NCBI RefSeq assembly: GCF_006345805.1
Contig: NW_021835621.1
Coordinates: 1-29,049, forward strand
Source: Octopus sinensis
Taxonomy: Eukaryota
Length of the DNA stretch: 29,049 nucleotides
Reading direction: 5' to 3'
In this document: in pieces, positions 1-10,031 of the stretch
How positions within the stretch are numbered: position 1 is the first letter of the stretch
Layout: each line of letters opens with the position of its first letter
Made by a program: the position numbers and the translations under genes
The notes under the pieces: model-generated
Told to the model about the DNA's origin: nothing
Databases searched by the model: none
Seen by the model: the letters and a program-made list of their open reading frames with translations, nothing else

Positions 1-389
1 CAACTTTTTAGGGATTGAGTAATTCTCATTCAGGATCAATAGAGTACGGAAGCCCGGGTATGTTTTCCTCATATTGTAAGTGTATCCCTGTTATTACATA
101 CCCGATAAATCATTCACGGGATAAATCAAACGGGGTAACACAAACACACACACATATGCATGCATGTGTGTGTGGTGTGTGTGTGTGTGTGTGTGTGTGT
201 AATACACAACACAGAGCATATGAAATGATTAATTCTATAAAACTCGATATTAAGGATATATATTTCCAGTTTTGCTCTTTATAACCCCGATAGTGGGGAG
301 AGATTAAACATAAAATTTTCTAAAAAAATAATTAAAAAAAACATAGTGGGGCTTGCAAAAGTTACTGGATGGTGAACACACCGAAGGAT

Positions 390-815
390 ATATACGTATG
401 TATGCTTACATGCATGTATTATATATATATGTATATATATATGTATAGGTATATATATATATATATGTATATATATGTGTGTAATATATATATATAATAT
501 TATATGTATATATATATATGTATATATATATATATGTACATATGTGTGTATATATTATATGATATATATATATTACATATATATGTATATATATATAGAT
601 ATAATATATATATAATATATATACACATACATATATATATATATTTGTATTTATTATATGTATATACATGTATTATATATACTTATATTATGGTGTGTTA
701 TGTATCTATGTGCATGAATGCATGTTTGCATGTATACATGCACACATCTGAGTGTGCATGTGAACAATACGTCATATAAAACGCAGACACACATACACAC
801 CTACCCACACACGCA

Positions 816-851
<36 letters not shown>

Positions 852-860
852 TATTATATA
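390..860. repeat. Degenerate (TA)n/(TATG)n microsatellite field
   Basis: Seen directly. The overlapping I/Y-rich ORFs are translations of the repeat. Confidence 0.9.
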
Positions 861-1199
861 CAGATATAACAATACATACACATATAAACACAGACATATT
901 ACATATTCGTCACAACATATATCTACATCATCTCCCATATTTTTCTCTCCGTCTGTTTCCCCGCCACCCAGCCACGTCACAGCAACAACAGCGAACTCGC
1001 TCCCCGCCCCCCTGCTTATACCCCACCCCCAATTATACACCACCCTCGTTCTGTTTTGAACGCTCACACACACTCTTTGATGATTCCTGTCTGGTTTTCG
1101 TAAAGTCTATCCTATCTGATTCGAAATCTCTTGGAAATGGAAAAAAACGCACCGTTACATGTATTATTACTTTATATATAAAACTCCCTACGATTTTAT

Positions 1200-1640
1200 A
1201 CATGTGTATATACAAACATACATACATAAATACATACATACATACATATACATACATACATACACACATACATACATATATACATACATATACATACATA
1301 TATACATACATATATACATACATATATACATATATACATACATATATACATACATATATACATAAATATATACATATATATTATATATGTTATATATATA
1401 TATTATATATTATATATATATTATATATATATATATATATATGCATATACACACATATATATACGTATATATGTGTGTATATATATTATATAATATATAT
1501 AATACACATAATATACATATACATGCATATATAAATACATAATACATACATATATATATATATGTATAATATGTATAAATATGTATATTATATTATATAT
1601 ATATATTATAATATATATATAATATATATATATATGAACA
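1200..1640. repeat. (TACA)n/(TA)n microsatellite field
   Basis: Seen directly. Confidence 0.9.
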
Positions 1641-2277
1641 TATGTAAGCGTTACATAAGAAATAGAAGTATGGGTACCTTCATATTTTACGTCTCCCTAC
1701 GAACCCAAATCAATACTCAACACAAAAATACACGAACACACCCATACACACACTCTGTCACATCCCACACATGCATACACACGCATACGCACACACACAC
1801 ACACATACACACGCAGAAATTCTTATGTGCGTCCTCATTCCCCACCCCGTAACATATATTACATCAATCTCTGCTGTAACGCCATCTTGCTTGCCGCAAA
1901 CCCTACCCCACCGCATCTCACCTCACCTACCCCCGTGCCTCCACTAGTACCCTCAATTTCTAGCGACATCGTCACCGCTGCCGTCACCATTATCGGTGGC
2001 ACCACCGTCACCAACATCCACCGCCTCCACCACCCATACCGTTACCAAAAGCCAGCGGCAACACCACCAACAACAATCTTTCTGAGAACCAATCACAACC
2101 GTAGTCACAATCAAGACCAACTCGAGCGAACGGAGGCAAAGATAGAGCCTTTATATGGTCATTGAATCTGCTCGAAATAGCAATTAAATTTCTCTCAAAT
2201 CGTAGAGCACAGTCTTAAAACGGGATACGCTTTGGACAATTTAGTCGTGGGAAGCTTTCATATAGAGTATAGAAAAC

Positions 2278-2367
2278 AAGTACCTTGATCGATTAATTCA
2301 GTTGAAAGATCTTCAAGGCGGTGCTGCAGCATGGCCGCGCCTAATGACTGAAACAAATAAAAGAATA
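2278..2367 (+). mobile_element. 3' fragment of tRNA-derived SINE family A
   Basis: GGCGGTGCTGCAGCATGGCCGC...AATGACTGAAACAAATAAAAGA matches the 3' end of the full copy at 20505-21068. Confidence 0.8.
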
Positions 2368-2414
<47 letters not shown>

Positions 2415-2638
2415 CAGAGAGACAGAGACAGATCGATCACATAACGCATTGACTTTCCCAACTAATTCGATGAGAGAGGGTTTAAACTCAGAACGTAAAG
2501 AGTTCTATCAAATACGACAGGAGCTTGACCAGGGTTTCGATTGATGGAGGGTTTCTCATTTATTTAAACGGATCAACTTCTTAATTAAAAAGAAAAAAGA
2601 AAAAAGAAAGACACAATTAAAATAGAAAGTAAATAGTT

Positions 2639-3205
2639 AGGCACAGGAGTAGCTGGGTGGCAAGAAGCTAGCTACACGAGCTGGCAGAAACGTTAGGACG
2701 CCGGGCGAAATGCTCAGCGGTATTTCGTTTGCCGTTACGTTCTGAGTTCAAATTCCGCTGAGGTCGACTTTGCCTATCATCCTTTCGGGGTCGATTAAAT
2801 AAGTACCAGTTACGCACTGGGGTCGAATTATCGACTTAACCCGTTTGTCTGTCCTTGTTTGTTCTCTCTGTGTTTAGCCCCTTGTGGGTAGTAAAGAAAT
2901 AGGTATATCTTCTGCCGTTACGTTCTGAGTTCAAATTCCGCCGAGGTCGACTTTGCCTTTCATCCTTTTGGGGTCGATTAAATAAGTACCAGTTACGCAC
3001 TGGGGTCGATGTAATCGACTTAATCCGTTTGTCTGTTCTTGTTTGTCCCCTCAGTGAGTAGCCCCTTGTGGGTAGGAAAGAAATAAGAAGCTTGCTTTCC
3101 AACCACATGGTTCTGGGCACGTGTCTTCTATTATAGCCTCGGGCTGACCAAAGCATTGTGAGTGGATTGGGTAGACAGAAACTGAAAGACGCTTATCGTA
3201 TATGT
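2639..3205 (+). mobile_element. SINE family A 5' half, interrupted by a SINE family B insertion
   Basis: 2639-2673 and 3085-3205 match the head and body of the 20505 copy. AAGAAGCTAGCT (2662-2673) and AAGAAGCTTGCT (3085-3096) flank the insert as a 12-bp target site duplication with one mismatch. Confidence 0.75.
2674..3084 (+). mobile_element. SINE family B, one full copy plus a 183-bp partial tandem copy
   Basis: Head GAGCTGGCAGAAACGTTAG...GAGTTCAAATTCC has A/B-box-like motifs. Core GTCGACTTTGCCTTTCATCCTTTCGGGGTCGATTAAATAAGTACC resembles the MetaSINE core from memory. GCCGTTACGTTCTGAG occurs at 2731 and 2914. Confidence 0.8.
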
Positions 3206-3320
3206 ATATATACATACATACATTCATACATACATACATACCTACATACATACATACATACACACATACACATATACATACATACATACATACATACATA
3301 CATACATACATAACATACAT
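3203..3320. repeat. (TACA)n microsatellite, possibly the 3' tail of the adjacent RTE-like fragment
   Basis: Seen directly. It begins right after the last minus-strand stop codon of the 3321-3650 fragment. Confidence 0.85.
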
Positions 3321-3650
3321 TTATGACTGCCCCCTCGTTATCGAGTATGGCCATTGCACGAAGCTTAACTGTTACTGGTGCTGTGATCGAATGTGACTTT
3401 TTAGCCCAGCCAAAGATCTACAATGTCTTGTACAGAATTGGCAGCCTAAACCTTTACTGGTAAAAAGCCGGCTGTAGTTGTAACTGGGCTTCATGTACCT
3501 TTGCATGTTGTTTAAGTCCTCCTGCCGAATTACATTCTCTTCCACATGCCCGACAGATATGATTAGTATGGTGTGTTACACCACCACCAGTGGCCGAAGG
3601 CTTTCGAGGCAGCAATGGGACAAGTGTGGAATTTTGAATTACTGATACGA
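3321..3650 (-). mobile_element. 3' end of an RTE-like LINE ORF with two C2H2 zinc fingers (frameshifted relic)
   Basis: CRACGRECNSAGGLKQHAKVH at 3493-3555 (C-x2-C-x12-H-x3-H). After one frameshift in a T run, CQFCTRHCRSLAGLKSHIRSQH at 3378-3443. Terminal MAILDNEGQS* then a simple-repeat tail. No TGEKP linker. The RTE assignment rests on recalled C-terminal motifs. Confidence 0.6.
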
Positions 3651-3654
3651 ACCA

Positions 3655-3830
3655 AAGAAAGAAAGAAAGAAAAAAAGAAAGAAAGAAGGAAGGAAGGAAG
3701 GAAGAAGAAGAAGAAGAAGAAAAGTGATGATGAAGAAGAAGGAAAGAAGAGAGGTGATGAAGAAGAAGAAGGAGGGGGAGGAGGAGAAGAAGAAGAAGGA
3801 GAGAGATGATAAAGAAGAAGAACAAGAACA
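3655..3830. repeat. Purine-rich (GAAA)n/(GAA)n repeat
   Basis: Seen directly. Confidence 0.9.
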
Positions 3831-4019
3831 ACAATTATCGACCAAACACTGGTATTTATCGATTGTGACCGCGATGTTTGACTTTGACAGGATTTGAACC
3901 TAGAGAACAGCTTTGGTATTCGGTCTCCGTTGTCATTCTGAACTCTGTGACGATTCGGCATGTTCTTCGTCTCTGCATAACATACAACCCACCACCAACA
4001 AAGTGAACACAACGCCACC

Positions 4020-4038
4020 ATCACTACCACCACCACCA

Positions 4039-4070
<32 letters not shown>

Positions 4071-4480
4071 ACCACCACCACCACACCACCAACCACCACC
4101 ACCAACCCCACCACCACCACCACCCCCCCACCACCACCACCACCAACCACCACCACCACCACCACCACCGCCGCCGCCACTGCCGCCACCACCACCACCA
4201 CAACCACCACCACCACAAACACCACCACAACCAGTACCACCAGCACCAGTACCATTATCATCGTCACCACCACAACACAAACACCACTACTGTTGACACC
4301 ACTACAACCACCGCCACCACCATAATCAGCACCATAATCACCACCACCACTATCACCAATATACCACCACGGCCATCACGACCACCACCACTACCACGAC
4401 CACCACCATCACGACGACACGACCACCACCACCAGCACCGCAACCACAATAACCACAACAACCAGCACCTCGTTCCTCCC
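4020..4480. repeat. (CCA)n/(CCG)n trinucleotide repeat field
   Basis: Seen directly. Source of the poly-P, poly-G and poly-V ORFs. Confidence 0.9.
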
Positions 4481-4649
4481 ACCATCCCCACTGCATAAAC
4501 CACCTATTGTTATATATATATAAAACAAATACATTGAGCGTTCTAAACGATTTGACCTCTGACCCTGCTTCCATACGTCAATGCTGTCCTGGCGTGTAAG
4601 AAAGGCATTGACTAATGCGCGGCTTCACATATCCATATGCATCTGTGGA

Positions 4650-4663
4650 CGGTGTGTGTGTGT

Positions 4664-4699
<36 letters not shown>

Positions 4700-4960
4700 G
4701 TATACATGTATATATATATATACATACATACATACATACATATATATATGTGTGTGTATATAAGTATGTATTTGTATGTGTGTGTGTGTGCGTGTGTGTG
4801 TATATACATGTATATATATATATACATTCATACATATATATGTGTGTGTGTGTGTGTATAAGTGTGCATGTGTATGTGTGTGTGTGTATGTATGAATGCA
4901 TGACAGACAATACGTGTGCGCATTTGTGTATATGTGTGTGTTCGTCTGTGTGTGTGTGGT
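4650..4960. repeat. Mixed (TG)n/(TA)n microsatellite
   Basis: Seen directly. Confidence 0.9.
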
Positions 4961-5213
4961 GAGTATTTCTAGATGTGTCACAGCAGATACACACACGCAT
5001 GCATAGGAACATCTACGAATATTTACATATGTACGCATACATAATCATGTATATATGATACATACGTCCACGTATTATAAACACAATTGCATATACACAC
5101 ACCTGCCTGTAGAATTACACACACATACACACAGGTGTGCGTACACATGTATACATACCTGTGTAAATACACGCACACATATATATATACACATATACAC
5201 AACATGCATATAT

Positions 5214-5354
5214 TAGGCGCATGCGTAGCTGTCTGGTAAGAAGCTTGATTCTTAACCACATGGTCCCAGGTTCAGACTCTGGGTAAGTGTTTTCTATAGT
5301 AGTCTTGGGCCGCCCAAAGCCTTGTGAGTGTTCTGGTTGACGGAAAATGAATGA
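5214..5354 (+). mobile_element. SINE family A 5' half, degenerate
   Basis: GGTAAGAAGCTTG...AACCACATGGT...CCAAAGCCTTGTGAGTG...GACGGAAA matches other family A copies. Confidence 0.75.
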
Positions 5355-5880
5355 AGTGGTCGTATAATGTCAACTCAATGTGACAGTCCCGTAAGGGAAT
5401 TACATCACCGCCATTTAGCCCTAGGAAGCATCGACGTTTCCTGTCGGCTTTGACACATTTTCTGTGTCCTTATACTACTATATCGCTCCACCACCGCTCA
5501 TGTCTCTCTGAGACATTTAGAAATTCCTTATTTCTAATTTCAGTGATCAGTAAATAAATTTTACTGAAAATAGGATATATTTGCGAAGAGGTTGCAGTCA
5601 TCTCAGCGAGCGAGACTGACTACCCTGGACTGACGATGAGCAATAGACTCAGAAACATATGTCTTCAGGTGCTTAGTCCCGGCTTGCGGGGATGATTGCC
5701 TCCCCTTCGCAAATATAAGGACACAGAAAATGTGTCAAAGCCGACAGGAGACGTCGATGTTTCCTAGGGCTAAATGGCGGTGGTGTAATTCCCTTACGGG
5801 ACTGTCACGTTGAGTTGACAGTATACGACCACTATACCGCTCCACCACCGCTTATGTCTCTCTGAGACATTTAGAAATTC
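5355..5880 (+). mobile_element. Hammerhead-bearing non-coding retroelement (retrozyme or Penelope pLTR-like), ~354-nt monomer with a 5' inversion
   Basis: 5355-5474 is the reverse complement of 5714-5833. 5477-5526 is directly repeated at 5831-5880. A hammerhead lies at 5618-5678. Confidence 0.7.
5618..5678 (+). ncRNA. Type I hammerhead ribozyme motif, GUC cleavage site after 5663
   Basis: Stem I CCTGGA (5624-5629)/TTCAGG (5664-5669) with distal GACTA/TAGTC. Core CTGACGA (5630-5636). Stem II TGAG/CTCA with loop CAATAGA. GAAA (5652-5655). Palindromic stem III ACATATGT. C17 at 5663. Folded by eye against the canonical consensus. Confidence 0.85.
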
Positions 5881-6016
5881 ATCGCTTAACACCGATGTTT
5901 TGAGCCTGCAAGGCTTTGAACCTTGAAGTCTTGTACCATGTTTTGTTTTTTGAGGCTCAATACATGTCATACACCTCTCGTATATATATGTGTGTGTCTA
6001 TGTGTTTGTGTATAAT

Positions 6017-6264
6017 GTTCCTTCTGGAGCCATGCCAGGCTCATAAGGGCCAGTTTCCCTGTTTCAGTGGCGTAGAAATTCCCCCACCTGGACGGGACGC
6101 CGATCCGTCGCAGGATCACTCATTTATGCCAGCTGAGTGAGCTGGAGGAACGTGAAAATGAAGTGTTTTGCTCAAGAACACAACGCATCACCCGGTCCAG
6201 GAATCGAAACCACAACCATACGATCATGAGTTCAACAGCCTAGCCAGTAAGCCACACGCCTCCA
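6017..6264 (-). mobile_element. tRNA-derived SINE family C (tRNA head, TTGCTCAAGAACACAAC-type core, tail T1)
   Basis: The reverse complement begins TGGAGGCGTGTGGCTTACTGGCTAGG...GGTTTCGATTCC (A/B boxes). The tail is shared with 10358-10646. Confidence 0.8.
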
Positions 6265-6276
6265 CGCACGCACACA

Positions 6277-6316
<40 letters not shown>

Positions 6317-6423
6317 CCCATACACCTATATATATCATTATATTGTTTATTATAAATAGTCTACGTATGCACATACACACATAAATGCATTTACATTTGC
6401 ACACTCATATGCACAAATACTTG

Positions 6424-6592
6424 GTTGGCGATTTTCTGTTCCTTCTTTGGACTTTTCCCTTTCTCCTATCCGACGAAGAGCTATGCTCGAAACGTCAAAA
6501 ACTCTTTCTTTTTCATACCGAGCATCACACTAATACATTCCTTGTGCACATCCTCTTGTTATCTGTTCTTGTTAATTTCATTGTTCGTTTAT

Positions 6593-6593
<1 letters not shown>
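6424..6593 (+). mobile_element. Short repeat with a minimal hammerhead-like motif (Penelope pLTR-like relic), copy 1
   Basis: CCGACGA-A-GAGC-TAT-GCTC-GAAA-CG-T-C at 6470-6496. The 5' strand of stem I appears deleted. Homologous along its length to 6645-6828 on the minus strand. Confidence 0.55.
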
Positions 6594-6643
<50 letters not shown>

Positions 6644-6644
6644 G

Positions 6645-6828
6645 TTAATCCAAACAAGAAAGCTCAAAAAACACAACAACGCGAGGACATGGAACAAGTA
6701 TAGTATTATTGGACGCTCAGGAAAGAAGGAAAGAAGGAGGGTTTAACGTTTCGAGAGGACCTCTCGTCGGAAACATAGGAGAAGGAAAGATCCAGAGAAG
6801 GGAAGACGGAGGGAAAAACATCGCCAAC
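6645..6828 (-). mobile_element. Short repeat with a minimal hammerhead-like motif (Penelope pLTR-like relic), copy 2
   Basis: Aligns by eye to 6424-6593 from GTTGGCGAT through CTCCTAT-CCGACGA...CTCGAAACGT and the T-rich tail. Confidence 0.55.
6741..6774 (-). ncRNA. Minimal type I hammerhead-like motif with a U4C core variant
   Basis: Minus strand reads GTTT CCGACGA GAG GTCCT CTC GAAA CG T T AAAC: stem I GTTT/AAAC, stem II GAG/CTC, palindromic ACGT stem III, GUU site. The core is CCGACGA rather than CTGANGA. Confidence 0.55.
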
Positions 6829-6841
6829 GGTACACACGAGG

Positions 6842-6891
<50 letters not shown>

Positions 6892-6944
6892 GAGAATACA
6901 GAAATGTCCTAGGTAAGGAGGAGACCAAACAGTATCGACAACTA

Positions 6945-7040
6945 CTACTACTACTACTACTGTTACTGCTACTACTGCTGCTGCTACTGCTGTTGCTGCT
7001 GCTGCTGCTGCTACTACTACTACTACTACTACTACTATAG
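6945..7040. repeat. (CTA)n/(CTG)n trinucleotide repeat
   Basis: Seen directly. Confidence 0.9.
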
Positions 7041-7388
7041 CCTGTTGGTGTCTTCCTTTCAAGCCGTCTTTCTTTTATTCTTTCCTTCTTTGTTTTTCTC
7101 TTCCTCTTCCTATGCTTTTGGTTTTGTCGTGAGAGATTGAAATGAGAAGAAAGAGTGGAGCGAAAGAGAGGGAGAACGAGCGAGAGAGAAAGAGAGAGAA
7201 AGTGGTGAAAGAGGAAAAAAAACAAGAACAAGAACTAGAAAGACATGCATGTGCGTGTGTATATATATACACACATACACATACATATGTAGATAAATAT
7301 AAATATATATGTGAGTGTGTGTGTATACACATAACAAACACATACATGAAGAGAAAGAGAGAGAGAGAGAGACAGAGACAGAAATGGT

Positions 7389-7422
<34 letters not shown>

Positions 7423-8359
7423 CAGATTGATAAAGAGAGGATAAAAGAGTTTGGAACCAGAAAAAGTGACGGAGAGAGAGAAACAAAGGAAGAGAAAAGG
7501 GAGAAAGCGATAATGGCAGAGATGGTGGTGGTGGTGGGATAGCAGTGTGTGTGTGTGTGTGTGTGTGTCTATATGTGAGTGTGCATGTGTGTGCGTGTGC
7601 ACGCGGTTGGTGGGGTGTGAAGGGAGTGTCACGTTACGAATGTGACGTGAAGAATGAGTTTCTTGACATCGAAAGGTCAAGTGAACCGAGTGATAAATTG
7701 ACGCGCATGCGTAATCGAATTTTCTCTTTCACTTTCACTTAGCGGACCCTTAAATCCCTTTCTTCTGTTTGTTTTGAGGTTTGTCTTTCGCTGAAAATTG
7801 TAATAGTATAATTTACAATGCATTATTTAACCACACAGCCACACACATACACACACAAATACAGACTTGTAACATATGCACTCACGCACACTCGCTCATT
7901 CACACATATACACACAAACATATCTATACAGAGAGACCTGTGCACGTACACACACATATCTATCTCATCGCTTTGACAATATGTATTTTTAATGCGCTTA
8001 CATGGAGTTTTTAAATCATTTATCTTTTCATTATGCAAGAAAATAAGACCTCCCATCTTACACCTGCATAGCACACCACCCTTTCTATTACATACACTCG
8101 TATACATGCACAAATGCATACATACGTACAACCGTGTATGTATGTATGTATATATATATATATATGTATGTGTATAGATATGTAAATATATGTGTGTATT
8201 TAAGCATGCATGTAGGTATGTATGTAGGCATACAACCATACACAGGTTTTTAAGCATGCGTAAACAGCATCAAACGTAAACGCAAATAGATGTGGCTATA
8301 TATATATATATACACACACATGTACAAGATCTATGTATGACTGCTCGTATGTATTATTC

Positions 8360-8410
<51 letters not shown>

Positions 8411-8624
8411 TATCTCTTTGTACATCTATCTATTTCTCTCTCACTATATATATATATATATATATAATATATATATATATTTATATATAGAGGCATTATA
8501 CATACATGCCAGGAGGCATTCTACATACACGCCATACGCTAAGAGGGACAATCAGTCATTTCTACCAAAAATATTACTAATCCCCCGAATGCAATTTTTC
8601 AAAGAAAGACATTTAAAAATATAT

Positions 8625-8672
8625 AGACCTGTATCACAGTGATTTCATACTTACGTAATCATCAGCAGGCCT
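8625..8672 (-). ncRNA. Type I hammerhead ribozyme motif, copy 1 (AUA site, cleavage between 8632 and 8631)
   Basis: Minus strand reads AGGCCTG CTGATGA T-TAC-GTAA-GTA-T GAAA TCACTGTGA T A CAGGTCT. Stem I is 7 bp with one G-U pair, stem II is TAC/GTA with a GNRA loop, and stem III is ATCAC-T-GTGAT. Confidence 0.8.
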
Positions 8673-9094
8673 GAATATACTATAATAAACAACGACCCCG
8701 CCTCGCTTAGCCGATCAGCTAACTGATCAACATCAACGAAGCACATGGGTGGGTTTATATATACTATATCCGGATGAATGGCAAACTTTTACGAATTGCA
8801 TTTTCGGGAGAGGAAAGTTTTTTCGGAAAAAATTTAGCAATTAAGGACAACTACTTAATAAGGAAAACTTAACAAGAAATGTCAGGTAGATAGCGTAAAA
8901 ACCTCATAAGAGAAAAATTTTCGAAAATAATTATTTCTTATTGAACAGATTAATTTATATATAGAGGGCATTATACATACATGCCAGGAGGCATTCTACA
9001 TACACGCCATACCCTAAGAGGACAATCAGTCATTTCTAACCAATATTACTAATCCCACCGAATGCAATTTTTCAAAGAAAGACATTAAAATATT

Positions 9095-9142
9095 AGACCT
9101 GTATCACAGTGATTTCATACTTACGTAATCATCAGCAGGCCT
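9095..9142 (-). ncRNA. Type I hammerhead ribozyme motif, copy 2 (cleavage between 9102 and 9101)
   Basis: Identical 48 nt to 8625-8672, 470 nt away. Confidence 0.8.
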
Positions 9143-9977
9143 GAATATACTATAAATAACCAACGACCCCCGCCTCGCTTAAGCCGATAGCTAACTGATC
9201 AACATCAACGAAGCACATGGGTGGGTTTATATATACTATATCCGATGAATGGCAAACTTTTTCGAATTGCATTTCGGGAGAGGAAAAGTTTTTTTCGGAA
9301 TAAAAAATTTAGCAATTAAGGACAACTACTTAATAAGGAAAACTTAACAAGAATTGGTAGGTAGATAGCGTAAAACCTCATAAGAGAAAAAATTTCGAAA
9401 ATAATTATTTCTTATTGAACATATTAATTTATATATAGAGGGCATTATACATACATGCAGGAGGCATTCTACATACACGCCATACGCTAAGAGGGATGTT
9501 GATCAGTTAGCTGATCGGCTTAAGCGAGGCGGGTCGTTGTTTATTTATAGTATATTCAGGCCTGCTGATGTAGACATGTACACACACACGTACACCCGCA
9601 CGTGCTTTTATATTTCGTGCTTATATTTGCTTCGCAAGAATTTTGATTCGGCATCGTGTTTTGGAAATTGGTACTTATGTATTTTTTGGTAGGGTCATTT
9701 TGCCAATGAACTCGCGTCTGGAATGTAGTTCACTTTAAATTTATTACTAACTAATTAACGAATAGTTAATTATCTTCATTACGATCTAAATCTTTGATAG
9801 ATCGATAATTCACAATAATCACCGAAACGATCACTGTGGTGATTACGAATAATTAATGACAAACTAATTAATTATTAATTTATTGATTATTAGTTTACTT
9901 AGCAATACGTATGTATGCGTGTGTCTGTCTGTGTTCTTTTCGTGTTTGTGTATGTGTGTTCATGTGTCTGTGCGTGT

Positions 9978-10031
<54 letters not shown>

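Larger units (their letters stand above)
8490..9570 (-). mobile_element. Tandem array of a ~470-nt hammerhead-bearing unit (about 2.1 copies) with a terminal inversion; retrozyme or Penelope-like
   Basis: Units start at 8490, 8964 and 9438. 9495-9570 is the reverse complement of unit segment 8660-8734. The left end merges into (TA)n. Confidence 0.8.

Noticed and set aside
3378-3555. Host C2H2 zinc-finger gene exon
   Set aside because: No TGEKP linkers or F/L consensus residues, frameshifted, and ends in a simple-repeat tail like a LINE 3' end.
3563-4503. Poly-Pro/Gly/Val/Trp ORFs resembling formin or extensin
   Set aside because: Open in most frames because of the (CCA)n repeat; no unique flanking domain or splice support.
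8490-9570. CRISPR array, rDNA spacer or Helitron interpretation of the tandem repeat
   Set aside because: No unique spacers, no rRNA similarity and no TC...CTRR termini; the hammerhead and 5' inversion fit a retroelement better.
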